Below are positions 1 to 8,707 of a stretch of DNA of 55,105 nt, piece by piece (positions within the stretch are counted from its first letter, which is position 1; each line of letters begins with the position of its first letter). This DNA comes from Candidatus Dojkabacteria bacterium UBA2259 (GTDB lineage Bacteria; Patescibacteriota; Dojkabacteria; SC72), in assembly GCA_002347605.1 (NCBI GenBank), contig DDXN01000013.1:1-55105 (forward strand), written 5' to 3'. Below the pieces are notes generated by a model that saw nothing but the letters and a program-made list of their open reading frames with translations, was not told where the DNA came from and searched no databases. A program made the position numbers and the translations under genes.

Positions 1-1
1 T

Positions 2-142
2 GATAAAAATGAAATGACAATAAGTCAGATATCTATTGATGAAGCACAAATACTAAAAAGAGGTAGATTTGCATCAAGAGGTAGGTCTTCGAGAATATTA
101 AAAAGGAGATCACATATTAATTTAGAATTAGAGGTTAAATAA
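2..142 (+). CDS. rplV: 50S ribosomal protein L22, 3' end (5' part outside window)
   Basis: Frame 2 reads ...RGRFASRGRSSRILKRRSHINLELEVK*, an L22-type C-terminus. TAA at 140-142 overlaps the rpsC ATG. Lies upstream of S3 as in S10 operons. Confidence 0.85.
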   Translation, partial: DKNEMTISQISIDEAQILKRGRFASRGRSSRILKRRSHINLELEVK

Positions 143-789
143 TGGGAAGAAAGGTAAATCCTAACGCAATTAGAATGGGAATTAACAAGACATGGAACTC
201 TGTCTGGTACTCTTCAAAAGCTCAATTTCCAGAGTTATTAGCTCAAGACCTAAAAATTAAAAAGGTTGTTACAGAGAGAACTAAGGATGCTGGTATAGAC
301 GCTATAATGATAAATAGGACTATGAGTAAGATTGATATTGAGATATTTGTTGCTAGACCAGGTGTCGCAATTGGTAGAGGGGGAGAGGGCATTGATGTAT
401 TACAGAAGGATTTGAAGAGAATGACTAAAATGGATGTAGAGATAAAGATAAGGGAAGTTAAAAAGGCTGACATATCAGCAAGAATAATTGCAAGGGGAAT
501 AGCAGATGGTATTGAGAGAAGACAGCCATCCAAATTGTTAATGGCTAGTGCGAAAGAGAAAGCAATTATGGCAGGTGCAAAGGGTATTAGGATATGGGTA
601 TCAGGGAGAATAAATAATGCAAGTCAAGCTAGAACAATTAAAGCAAATGCTGGTTCTGTTCCAGCTCAAACATTAAGAGCAGATATAGACTATGCACAGG
701 AAGTTGCACAAACATTAGATGCTGGTTTAATGGGTGTTAAGGTATGGGTATACAAGGGTGAAAAAAATAATATGGATGAAGAAAATTAA
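142..789 (+). CDS. rpsC: 30S ribosomal protein S3
   Basis: 215-aa ORF beginning MGRKVNPNAIRMGI, with GIRIWVSGRINNA. Gene order is L22-S3-L16. Confidence 0.96.
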   Translation: MGRKVNPNAIRMGINKTWNSVWYSSKAQFPELLAQDLKIKKVVTERTKDAGIDAIMINRTMSKIDIEIFVARPGVAIGRGGEGIDVLQKDLKRMTKMDVEIKIREVKKADISARIIARGIADGIERRQPSKLLMASAKEKAIMAGAKGIRIWVSGRINNASQARTIKANAGSVPAQTLRADIDYAQEVAQTLDAGLMGVKVWVYKGEKNNMDEEN

Positions 790-791
790 AT

Positions 792-1208
792 ATGTTACTA
801 CAGCCAAAAATTAGAAAACACAGAAAAGAGTTTAGAGGAAAAATGGGAGGAGTAGCTTCTGCTAACAATACCATAACCTTTGGTGAGTACGGTCTAAAGT
901 CTATGGAAAATGGGTGGATAAAAGCTAGAGAGATTGAAGCTGGTAGAAGAGCTATAACTGGGTACATGAAGAGAAAAGGTAAGGTATGGGTAAAGATATT
1001 TCCTCATAAGCCATACACTAACAAAGGGACCAACAGTAAAATGATTGCAGGGAAAGGTGATGTAGAAGGATATGTAGCGGTTGTAAGACCAGGTAACCTA
1101 CTCTATGAACTAAGTGGTGTTACAAGAGAGATTGCACAGGAGGCAATGAGACTTGGATCTCAAAAGCTTTCAGTAAAAACTAAGTTTGTTTCAAAGAAAG
1201 AGATATAG
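792..1208 (+). CDS. rplP: 50S ribosomal protein L16
   Basis: 138-aa ORF with the MLLQPKIRKHRKEFRG N-terminus typical of L16. Syntenic position. Confidence 0.96.
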   Translation: MLLQPKIRKHRKEFRGKMGGVASANNTITFGEYGLKSMENGWIKAREIEAGRRAITGYMKRKGKVWVKIFPHKPYTNKGTNSKMIAGKGDVEGYVAVVRPGNLLYELSGVTREIAQEAMRLGSQKLSVKTKFVSKKEI

Positions 1209-1228
1209 CTTGAGAGATTGGGGTAAAA

Positions 1229-1519
1229 TTGATAGAATACAAGCCGTTTGAGATATTTAATATACAAAAAGAAATGATGGAGAATAAAGGACAAAAAAGA
1301 GAATTAAAGGGTGTTGTAGTAAGCAATAGTATGCTAAATACTGTTAGGGTCAGGGTAGATACTGCACATGCACATCCTGTATATAGGAAGGTTGTTAATA
1401 GGAAGAAGATATTTTTTGCTCATACACTAAAAGAATTAAGTGTAGGTGAGAAGGTAGTAATAAGGGAATCTAAACCATATTCTAAGAATGTAAAATGGAT
1501 TGTAATTAATAATAAATAA
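1229..1519 (+). CDS. rpsQ: 30S ribosomal protein S17
   Basis: [33 protein letters not shown] matches the S17 OB-fold core. The ORF-track start at 1229 is TTG; an in-frame ATG at 1274 (MMENKGQ) is an alternative start. Confidence 0.9.
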   Translation: MIEYKPFEIFNIQKEMMENKGQKRELKGVVVSNSMLNTVRVRVDTAHAHPVYRKVVNRKKIFFAHTLKELSVGEKVVIRESKPYSKNVKWIVINNK

Positions 1520-1524
1520 GGGAA

Positions 1525-1893
1525 ATGATACAGACATTAACAAACTTAACAATAGCAGATAACAGTGGAGCTAAGATTGGAAAAGTAATTGGTGTTTCTG
1601 GATACTCTAAAATTAAGTTTGCTAAATTAGGAGATATTGTAAAAGTAGCTATACAGAAAGCTTTACCTAATAGTGGGGTAAAAAGGCATGAGGTTTTAAC
1701 AGCAGTTATAGTTAGAGTGCATAAGGAGCAAAAGAGAAAGGATGGGTCATATATTAGATTCGATGATAATGCAGGTGTAATAATAGATAACAAAAAGAAT
1801 CCTGTTGGAACAAGGATATTTGGACCTGTTGCAAGAGAGTTAAAAGAGAAAGGGTTTGATAAGATTGTTTCTCTTGCATCAGAGGTATTGTAA
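1525..1893 (+). CDS. rplN: 50S ribosomal protein L14
   Basis: 122 aa, [17 protein letters not shown]..., a canonical L14 start. Synteny. Confidence 0.96.
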   Translation: MIQTLTNLTIADNSGAKIGKVIGVSGYSKIKFAKLGDIVKVAIQKALPNSGVKRHEVLTAVIVRVHKEQKRKDGSYIRFDDNAGVIIDNKKNPVGTRIFGPVARELKEKGFDKIVSLASEVL

Positions 1894-1909
1894 ATTTTTG
1901 ATTAAAGAT

Positions 1910-2320
1910 ATGAAGATTAAAAAAGGTGATACAGTAAAAGTACTCTACGGAAAAGACACTGGTAAACAGGGTTTGGTGCTGGCTATTGATGCAAAGAGTA
2001 GAAAGGTTGTTGTAGAAGGACTTAATAAATATAAAAAACATGTTAAAGGAGATGGTAAGAATAAAACATCTGAGATTCTTACTATTGTTAAACCAATGGA
2101 TGTATCAAAAGTGATGTTAATATGCAGTAGCTGTGGGAAAGCAACAAGAGTGGGTATTGTTAGAGAGGGCGATAAGGTGGAAAGAGTATGTAAAAAGTGT
2201 GGTAAGGTAATTGAGGTTGTTGTAAAGAAAGAAGAACCAAAAGTTGAAAAAAAGAGTACTACAAAAAAAAGTACGGCAGTAAAGAAGAAAGTAACTAAAT
2301 CAAAAAGTGAAAAAGCATAA
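1910..2320 (+). CDS. rplX: 50S ribosomal protein L24 (zinc-ribbon type, Lys-rich tail)
   Basis: ATG at 1910 gives the MKIKKGDTVKVLYGKDTGKQG KOW motif. The ORF-track start at 1856 overlaps rplN and adds non-L24 residues. Contains CSSC...CKKC. Confidence 0.93.
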   Translation: MKIKKGDTVKVLYGKDTGKQGLVLAIDAKSRKVVVEGLNKYKKHVKGDGKNKTSEILTIVKPMDVSKVMLICSSCGKATRVGIVREGDKVERVCKKCGKVIEVVVKKEEPKVEKKSTTKKSTAVKKKVTKSKSEKA

Positions 2321-2874
2321 TGGCAAGATTAAGAGAGCAGTACAATAAAAAGGTAAGAAAGGATCTAGCAAAGGAGTTGGGATACTCTAATCTAATGGAG
2401 GCACCTACTCTAAGTAAGATTGTTATTAATGTTGGTGCTGGAGCGGCGCTAACAGAGGCAGAGGCTATGGAGGATATTATTGATATTGTTACAAAGATAT
2501 CTGGACAAAAGCCAGTAGTTAACAAAGCAAGAAAAGCTGTTTCTGCATTTAAAGTAAGAGAGGGAATGGAAATTGGAGTATCTGTAACACTCCGAGGAAA
2601 TAGAATGTGGGAGTTTTTTGACAAATTAGTGAATGTTGTATTTCCTAGAACTAAAGATTTTAGAGGATTAGAGGTATCTTCGTTTGATGGAGCTGGTAAT
2701 TACTCAATTGGTATTGAAGATCATACAGTTTTCCCAGAGATAGATGCTAATAATATTAAGAAGGTAAGAAGTTTAGAGGTTACAATTGTTACTACAGCAA
2801 AAGATGATAAAAGTGGTAAAGCGCTATTAGATAAATTTGGTTTTCCGTTTAAAAAAGATGTCGACAGAAGCTAA
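2320..2874 (+). CDS. rplE: 50S ribosomal protein L5
   Basis: 184 aa, [16 protein letters not shown]...; the ATG overlaps the rplX stop (TAATG). Synteny. Confidence 0.96.
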   Translation: MARLREQYNKKVRKDLAKELGYSNLMEAPTLSKIVINVGAGAALTEAEAMEDIIDIVTKISGQKPVVNKARKAVSAFKVREGMEIGVSVTLRGNRMWEFFDKLVNVVFPRTKDFRGLEVSSFDGAGNYSIGIEDHTVFPEIDANNIKKVRSLEVTIVTTAKDDKSGKALLDKFGFPFKKDVDRS

Positions 2875-3052
2875 GGAATACAAAGCAAGAGAGTTAAAGA
2901 AGAAGAGCAAGTATAGCTCAAGGGTGTATAACAGATGTCAACTTTGTGGTAGATCTAGAGCATATTTAAGGCATTATGGGATATGTAGAATATGTTTTAG
3001 AAAGTTAGCAAGTAAAGGGGAAATCCCTGGTGTAAAGAAAGCTATATGGTAA
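2858..3052 (+). CDS. rpsZ: 30S ribosomal protein S14 type Z (zinc-binding)
   Basis: ATG at 2858 gives a 64-aa protein with CQLC...CRIC and the C-terminal GVKKAIW. It overlaps the rplE end by 17 nt. Confidence 0.92.
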   Translation: MSTEAKEYKARELKKKSKYSSRVYNRCQLCGRSRAYLRHYGICRICFRKLASKGEIPGVKKAIW

Positions 3053-3068
3053 TTTAATATATACAAGA

Positions 3069-3446
3069 ATGAACAATTTAACAGCAGATCTTTTAGCAAG
3101 ATTACAAAATGGAATAGAGAGAAAGAGAGAAACAGTCTTAGTACCTAAGACTAAGATGAATATTGAAATATTGAAAGTATTAAAGATGGAGAAAATGATT
3201 CTTGGATACTCAGAGAGTGAAGGTGGTGTAAGTGTAGCACTAATGTATGATGAGAAAGAACCGGTGATATCTTCTTTAAAAATGATTAGCAAACCTGGTC
3301 AAAGAATATATATTACAAGCAAAGATATTACTCCAATAATGAATGGTAGAGGCATATCAATTATCTCTACATCTAAAGGATTAATGTCTGGAGCGATGGC
3401 TAAGAGTAAGAAATTAGGTGGTGAATTAATATGTAAAGTTTGGTAA
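3069..3446 (+). CDS. rpsH: 30S ribosomal protein S8
   Basis: 125 aa, LTADLLARLQNG..., ending GGELICKVW. Synteny. Confidence 0.95.
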   Translation: MNNLTADLLARLQNGIERKRETVLVPKTKMNIEILKVLKMEKMILGYSESEGGVSVALMYDEKEPVISSLKMISKPGQRIYITSKDITPIMNGRGISIISTSKGLMSGAMAKSKKLGGELICKVW

Positions 3447-3450
3447 TTAA

Positions 3451-3996
3451 ATGTCTAGAATAGGTTTAGAACCAATAACAATTGAAGAGGGAGTACAAGT
3501 TACAGTCCAAAAGGATACTGTTGTTGTATCTGGTGATGGGAAGGAGATTGTAATTCCTTTCCCCGAGGTGCTAAGCGTTGATATTAATGAGAACAAAATT
3601 GAATTAAAGAGATCCAATGACGAAAAACAGAGTAAATCGATACATGGTACCATTAGAATGTTAATATTTAACGCAATATATGGTATAAAGCATGGGTATG
3701 AAAAGAGATTAGAGTTGGTAGGGGTAGGATATAGAGCAAGAATGGAAGGTACAACTTTAGTAATGAGTTTAGGTTTGAACCATCCTGTTAAGATTGAAAG
3801 TCCTCAGGGAATTCAAATTGAGGTTCCAGAGGAGACAAAGATTGTATTAAAGGGATATGATAAACAGAAGGTTGGAGAGTTTGCTGCTAAGGTAAGAGCA
3901 ATGAGAAAGCCTGAGCCTTACAAGGGTAAGGGTATTAGATATGAGGGTGAGCATGTAAGAAGAAAGAGTTCTAAATCAGGTATAGCTACAGCATAA
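3451..3996 (+). CDS. rplF: 50S ribosomal protein L6
   Basis: 181 aa, MSRIGLEPITI..., with PEPYKGKGIRYEGE near the C-terminus. Confidence 0.95.
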   Translation: MSRIGLEPITIEEGVQVTVQKDTVVVSGDGKEIVIPFPEVLSVDINENKIELKRSNDEKQSKSIHGTIRMLIFNAIYGIKHGYEKRLELVGVGYRARMEGTTLVMSLGLNHPVKIESPQGIQIEVPEETKIVLKGYDKQKVGEFAAKVRAMRKPEPYKGKGIRYEGEHVRRKSSKSGIATA

Positions 3997-3998
3997 AT

Positions 3999-4322
3999 AT
4001 GAACAAGAAAAATAATAGACAAAAAAGAAAAATGCATATTAGGAAGACATTAAGTGGGACATCTTCTAAACCACGTATATTTGTGTTTAAGAGTAATAAA
4101 TACTTCTATAGTGGTGTGGCCGATGATGATAAATCAATAGTACTAATGAGTAAAGTATGTAAGAAGAATGCTACAGAGATTACAAAGATGGCTAAGAAAT
4201 TTGCTACAGATTTTAAGAAAAAGAAATTAGAGGTAGCTGTATTCGATAGGAGTGGATATAAATATCATGGATTGATTGCTACATTCGTTGATGAATTAAG
4301 AAGTAATGGAATTAAGATTTAG
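3999..4322 (+). CDS. rplR: 50S ribosomal protein L18
   Basis: 107 aa with RIFVFKSNKYFYSGV and FDRSGYKYHGLI (L18 signature). Synteny. Confidence 0.93.
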   Translation: MNKKNNRQKRKMHIRKTLSGTSSKPRIFVFKSNKYFYSGVADDDKSIVLMSKVCKKNATEITKMAKKFATDFKKKKLEVAVFDRSGYKYHGLIATFVDELRSNGIKI

Positions 4323-4332
4323 TTAAAGATAT

Positions 4333-4965
4333 ATGTCTGAATACTTTAAAGAAAGAAAAGAGAGAATATATGACAAAAAGACTGTCTCTATAAGAAGGGT
4401 TGCAAAAGTTACTAAAGGTGGTAAGAGGTTAAGATTTAGTGCAATGGTAATTGTTGGTGACCATAATGGTTCTGTTGGTGTAGGATTAGGAAGAGGTGCC
4501 GATACAAAGAGTGCAGTCGAAAAGGGTGAGAGAACTGCTACAAAGAAAATGACTAGAATACAGTTGGCAGGTGATACAATTCCCCATGAGGTAATGTTTA
4601 AGAGTGGTGCTGTAAGAGTAATTCTTAGGCCTGCTAGACCAGGTACTGGTGTTATTGCTGGGTCTTCTGTTAGAACAGTTTTAGAATTAGCTGGTATTGA
4701 CAATGTGTATGGTAAATTACTTGGTACAAGTGACCCAATAGGTTCTGCATATGCTACATTTGAAGCATTAAAGAGTCTAAGAAACAAAAGGGTACTAGAG
4801 AGAATGAAAAATATGAGAGAGAGAGTTGAATTAAAGAAGGAAACAGACAAGGAGAGAAAGATAAAAGAGGAGAAAAGGAGAGCCAAAAAAAGAGCTGAAG
4901 AGAAAGAAGGAAAGAAATTTGTTAAGGGTAAGAAGGAGTATAGAAGAAGAGATAATAGAAAATAA
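4333..4965 (+). CDS. rpsE: 30S ribosomal protein S5 with a basic C-terminal extension of about 58 aa
   Basis: VSIRRVAKVTKGGKRLRFSAMVIVGD and GTGVIAGSSVRTVLELAGI are S5 motifs. The tail is K/R/E-rich. Confidence 0.95.
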   Translation: MSEYFKERKERIYDKKTVSIRRVAKVTKGGKRLRFSAMVIVGDHNGSVGVGLGRGADTKSAVEKGERTATKKMTRIQLAGDTIPHEVMFKSGAVRVILRPARPGTGVIAGSSVRTVLELAGIDNVYGKLLGTSDPIGSAYATFEALKSLRNKRVLERMKNMRERVELKKETDKERKIKEEKRRAKKRAEEKEGKKFVKGKKEYRRRDNRK

Positions 4966-4982
4966 AGTAAATATTAATAAAA

Positions 4983-5426
4983 ATGTATTTAGAAAATATA
5001 CCAAAAAGAAACAATAGAACAGGAAAAGGAAAAAGACTTGGGAGAGGATATGGCTCTGGTGTTGGTGGTCATACTTCTACAAGGGGTACCAAGGGTCAGA
5101 AATCAAGAGCTGGACATAAATCATTGATATTTTTTGAGGGTGGTAATGTACCATTCTTTAGAAGAATGCCAAAGTTTGCTGGATTTAATAGAGTAGGTAA
5201 AGTTAAGGCTACTGCTATTAATTTGGATATATTAGAAAAGAATTTCAAGGATGGAGAAATAGTTTCGCTTGAGACATTAAAAGAGAAAGCATTAATCTCA
5301 CAAGCGACATCATCTGTTAAGATACTTGGTGATGGAGATATTAGTAAAAAAGTTGAGATTAACAACATTCCTACATCCCAAAGTGCAAGTAAAAAGATTA
5401 TTAAGGCAGGTGGTTTGATAAAGTAG
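4983..5426 (+). CDS. rplO: 50S ribosomal protein L15
   Basis: 147 aa with a Gly/basic-rich N-terminus (GRGYGSGVGGHTSTRGTKGQKSRAG). It follows S5 directly. Confidence 0.94.
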   Translation: MYLENIPKRNNRTGKGKRLGRGYGSGVGGHTSTRGTKGQKSRAGHKSLIFFEGGNVPFFRRMPKFAGFNRVGKVKATAINLDILEKNFKDGEIVSLETLKEKALISQATSSVKILGDGDISKKVEINNIPTSQSASKKIIKAGGLIK

Positions 5427-5437
5427 ATCCTATTACA

Positions 5438-6703
5438 ATGAAAAAAATTATTGAAACTCTTACAAGAATCTTAGGTACACGTGAGATTAGGAAAAAAATT
5501 ATTTTCTCTCTGATTATTCTTCTTGTCTATAGACTATTAGCCGCGATACCAGTTGTTGGTATACCTGCAGATGCAATTACTAAGCTTTTTGAAGGTAGTA
5601 ACTTCGGGGATTTGCTTTCTACTGTATCTGGAGGTGTACTTGAGACTGCTTCTATTGCAGCAATTGGTTTGAGTCCATATATTAATGCATCTATTATGTT
5701 ACAGCTTTTGGGTACTGTTATTCCTAAGTTAGAAGATTTAAGGAAAGAGGGTCCAGATGGTAGAAGAAAAATTAGTATGTACACAAGACTTCTGACAATT
5801 CCATTGGCTATAATGCAATCATTTGTAATATATTCAACACTTAGAGGTTTTGGTTTAGTAAGTCAGTTAGGTACTTTGGAGCTTATCACAATGATTGCTA
5901 CTCTTACAGCTGGCTCTGTTGTTGTTATGTGGTTTAGTGAGCTTGTTTCTGAGAGTGGTGTTGGTGGGGGTTCTTCATATCTAATTTTTCTTGGTATTAT
6001 AGCGGGTATCCCAGGTACCATTAGTAATAATTTTAGATTAATGGACCCACTTCAAAAAGTTATACTTATAGTTGTTACACTCCTCCTTATTGCTTCTGTA
6101 GTATATATTTCTGAAGCAGAAAGGAGAGTTAAGGTTCAATATTCAAGGAGAGTAAGAATGGGAGGTGCAATGGATAGCTATATACCAATCAAATTAACAC
6201 AGTTTGGTGTAATGCCTGTTATATTCGCAGTCTCTTTACTATCGTTTCCACAATTAATAGGTAAGTTTATACTGAGTAGGAATGTCGGCGACAAGGTGGT
6301 AGATATTACAACAAAGGTTATGAATTTTTTGGATAATCCGATATACAATAATATTTTGACATTTGTAATGATTGTAGGTTTCGCATTCTTCTATCTTACT
6401 GTTGTCTTTAAAACAGATGAGTTAGCAGAGAATCTCCAAAAACAGGGAGGCTTTATACCTGGTATTAGACCTGGCAAGAATACATCTGCATATCTTAAAC
6501 ATATTGCATTTAGATTGGCTAGTATAGGGGCAATTTTTCTTGCCTTCATATCTATACTACCTAATATTTTAATTCAACTTGATCTTATGACTGTAACAAT
6601 TATTACAGGTACAGGTCTTTTAATTATGATTAGTGTTGTCTTAGATATTCGTAGAGAGGTTTCCTCTATGATTGTTGTAAGAGATTACTCTAGGTATTTG
6701 TAA
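5438..6703 (+). CDS. secY: Preprotein translocase subunit SecY
   Basis: 421-aa polytopic membrane protein. N-terminal ...IRKKIIFSLIILLVYRL..PVVGI and its position after rplO fit SecY. Confidence 0.95.
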   Translation: MKKIIETLTRILGTREIRKKIIFSLIILLVYRLLAAIPVVGIPADAITKLFEGSNFGDLLSTVSGGVLETASIAAIGLSPYINASIMLQLLGTVIPKLEDLRKEGPDGRRKISMYTRLLTIPLAIMQSFVIYSTLRGFGLVSQLGTLELITMIATLTAGSVVVMWFSELVSESGVGGGSSYLIFLGIIAGIPGTISNNFRLMDPLQKVILIVVTLLLIASVVYISEAERRVKVQYSRRVRMGGAMDSYIPIKLTQFGVMPVIFAVSLLSFPQLIGKFILSRNVGDKVVDITTKVMNFLDNPIYNNILTFVMIVGFAFFYLTVVFKTDELAENLQKQGGFIPGIRPGKNTSAYLKHIAFRLASIGAIFLAFISILPNILIQLDLMTVTIITGTGLLIMISVVLDIRREVSSMIVVRDYSRYL

Positions 6704-6756
6704 AAATTTTTTTTATGCTATTATCTAAATATTAAATATATCCATATTCTCAATAT

Positions 6757-7404
6757 ATGAAAACTATACTCTTTCATGGTCCTTCTGGTAGTGGAAAAGA
6801 TACTCAGGTAGATTTACTTGTCAAAAAATATGCATTTGAAAACATTGGGACTGGTGAGATGTTTAGGGTGATGTACAAGGATGCTGATTTGGAGGCAATT
6901 AAAGCTTACCAATATTGGTCTAAAGGTAGGTTTGTTCCAAATGATTTAACTTACAGTATGCTGAATAAATGGCTAAAAAGGTTTGATAGTAAGAAATCGT
7001 GGGCTTTTGTATCAGTTGTTAGAGATGTAGGACAGATACCGTTATTTGATGAGCTATTAGAGAATAGTGGAAGGAAATTAGACGCTTTTGTTCATTTTCT
7101 TTTGCCTGAGGAAATTGCACTAGAGCGAATGTCTCTTAGAATGGTCTGCTCATATTGTGAATCAACATATCATGAGAAATACAAACCTGAAGCAGTAAAG
7201 GGGTATTGTGATAAATGTGGTACAAAATTAACTCACAGAGAAGATGATGAGCCAGATAAAATTAGATTTAGGCTACAGGAGTACAGAAGAACAGTTGCTC
7301 CGATAGTTAGTAAGTACAAAGAGAGGGGTTTATTAATTGAGATCGATGCGTCTCCTAGTATTGAATCTATACATACAGAACTAATTAAGAGATTAGGGTT
7401 GTAA
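6757..7404 (+). CDS. adk: Adenylate kinase (Cys4 zinc lid)
   Basis: P-loop GPSGSGKDTQ; lid CSYC...CDKC. Lies after secY. Confidence 0.92.
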   Translation: MKTILFHGPSGSGKDTQVDLLVKKYAFENIGTGEMFRVMYKDADLEAIKAYQYWSKGRFVPNDLTYSMLNKWLKRFDSKKSWAFVSVVRDVGQIPLFDELLENSGRKLDAFVHFLLPEEIALERMSLRMVCSYCESTYHEKYKPEAVKGYCDKCGTKLTHREDDEPDKIRFRLQEYRRTVAPIVSKYKERGLLIEIDASPSIESIHTELIKRLGL

Positions 7405-7478
7405 AATGTTGATCTTTTTGATATGCTTAACTCGTCTTTATAGGGGATAGTGAATTTCAACAAAAGATGCATTAAACC

Positions 7479-7508
7479 TTTGAAAAAAGTTCAAAGCTTT
7501 GATATAAT
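7479..7508 (+). promoter_or_regulatory. Sigma70-like promoter upstream of infA-rpmJ-rpsM
   Basis: TTGAAA (7479-7484), an 18-nt spacer, then an extended -10 TGaTATAAT (7500-7508), about 35 nt upstream of the infA ATG. Confidence 0.55.
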
Positions 7509-7544
7509 CACTTCGACTCTATTTATTTGCAGAAATCATTATTT

Positions 7545-7778
7545 ATGAGTGTAGATACAAAGAAAGTTTATGAGTTTGAGGGTGTGGTTAAGGAATGTTT
7601 GCCTAATACAAAGTTTGTAGTTGAAATTGATGCAAATGGTGTTAAAAAAGAGGTGTTAGGATATCTTTCTGGTAAGATGAGAATGCATTACATTCGTATT
7701 CTAGAAGGAGATATTGTTAAGATAGAGATTTCCCCATATGATAAAACACAGGGGAGAATAACATATAGAACAAAGTAA
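7545..7778 (+). CDS. infA: Translation initiation factor IF-1
   Basis: [35 protein letters not shown] is the IF-1 S1-like core. ATG at 7545 is preferred over the TTG at 7527. Confidence 0.93.
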   Translation: MSVDTKKVYEFEGVVKECLPNTKFVVEIDANGVKKEVLGYLSGKMRMHYIRILEGDIVKIEISPYDKTQGRITYRTK

Positions 7779-7779
7779 A

Positions 7780-7896
7780 ATGAAAGTACAGGCTTCGGTA
7801 AAAAAGAGATGTGATGGTTGCTATACTGTAACTCGTAAGGGTCGTGTATATGTGTATTGTAAGAAGAATCCTAAACATAAACAAAGACAGGGTTAG
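7780..7896 (+). CDS. rpmJ: 50S ribosomal protein L36 (not in the supplied ORF track)
   Basis: Hand translation gives [38 protein letters not shown] (38 aa, CxxC...C...H). Lies between infA and rpsM. Confidence 0.93.
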   Translation: MKVQASVKKRCDGCYTVTRKGRVYVYCKKNPKHKQRQG

Positions 7897-7919
7897 TTAA
7901 TATTATATATATTTTGTAA

Positions 7920-8303
7920 ATGGCAAGAGTAGCTGGATTAGAAATACCAAATGACAAGAGAGTATGGGTCTCTTTAATGAGTGTGTACGGTATTGGGGAG
8001 AAATCTGCTAAGCAGATATGTAAGGAGACAAAGATTGACCCTAATACATTGGCAAAAGATCTTTCTGAATCAGAGTTAGATCTTGTTAGAGGATATTTAG
8101 ACAAGAATTTTGAAGTAGAGGGTGAGTTAAGGCAAAAGATATTTAGAAATATTAAGAGATTAAAGGATATTAAAAGTTACAGAGGGATTAGACATAAGAT
8201 AGGGCTTCCAGTTAGAGGTCAGAGAACAAGACATAATGCTCATACTAGAAAGGGTAGAAGTAGAGCAGTTGGTGGATTAAAACGTAAATTAGAAAAGACA
8301 TAG
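7920..8303 (+). CDS. rpsM: 30S ribosomal protein S13
   Basis: MARVAGLEIPNDKRVWVSLMSVYGIG and YRGIRHKIGLPVRGQRT. Confidence 0.96.
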   Translation: MARVAGLEIPNDKRVWVSLMSVYGIGEKSAKQICKETKIDPNTLAKDLSESELDLVRGYLDKNFEVEGELRQKIFRNIKRLKDIKSYRGIRHKIGLPVRGQRTRHNAHTRKGRSRAVGGLKRKLEKT

Positions 8304-8308
8304 CATAT

Positions 8309-8686
8309 ATGGCAGTTAGTAAGAAAACAAAAAGGAGTGTTTCAACTGGTATAGCTACAATACAAGCTACATTTAATAATACCATTATATCAATAGCTGA
8401 TCAAAATGGAGAGGTTTTAGTTCAGGGTAGTCCTGCTGTTGTTGGATTTAAAGGTGCAAGGAGAAGTTCTGCCTTTGCAGCAACCAAAGCAGCTAGTGAT
8501 GCTGCGGAGAGAGCTATCAAAAAATATGGCATTAGAGAGGTGAAAGTCATAGTAAGTGGGCCAGGAGCTGGTAGGAATGCTGCAGTTAAGGGTTTAGATT
8601 CTGCAGGGCTAAAGATTACAACATTGATAGACAAGACCCCTATTCCACATAATGGATGTAGGCCAAGAAAGAGTCCAAGAAAATAA
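8309..8686 (+). CDS. rpsK: 30S ribosomal protein S11
   Basis: GIATIQATFNNTIISIAD and PIPHNGCRPRK. Confidence 0.96.
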   Translation: MAVSKKTKRSVSTGIATIQATFNNTIISIADQNGEVLVQGSPAVVGFKGARRSSAFAATKAASDAAERAIKKYGIREVKVIVSGPGAGRNAAVKGLDSAGLKITTLIDKTPIPHNGCRPRKSPRK

Positions 8687-8707
8687 AATAATATAGATAA
8701 TATATAG

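Noticed and set aside
1856-1909. N-terminal extensions in the ORF track (L24 from 1856; also S14 from 2837, IF-1 from 7527, S9 from 11293, Nudix from 45862 with MSCNCNCNC)
   Set aside because: The extensions overlap the upstream genes or start at TTG/GTG. Internal ATGs restore the canonical conserved N-termini.
4323-4886. 187-aa minus-strand ORF
   Set aside because: Antisense to rpsE, whose identity is unambiguous. Its composition is typical of a shadow frame.
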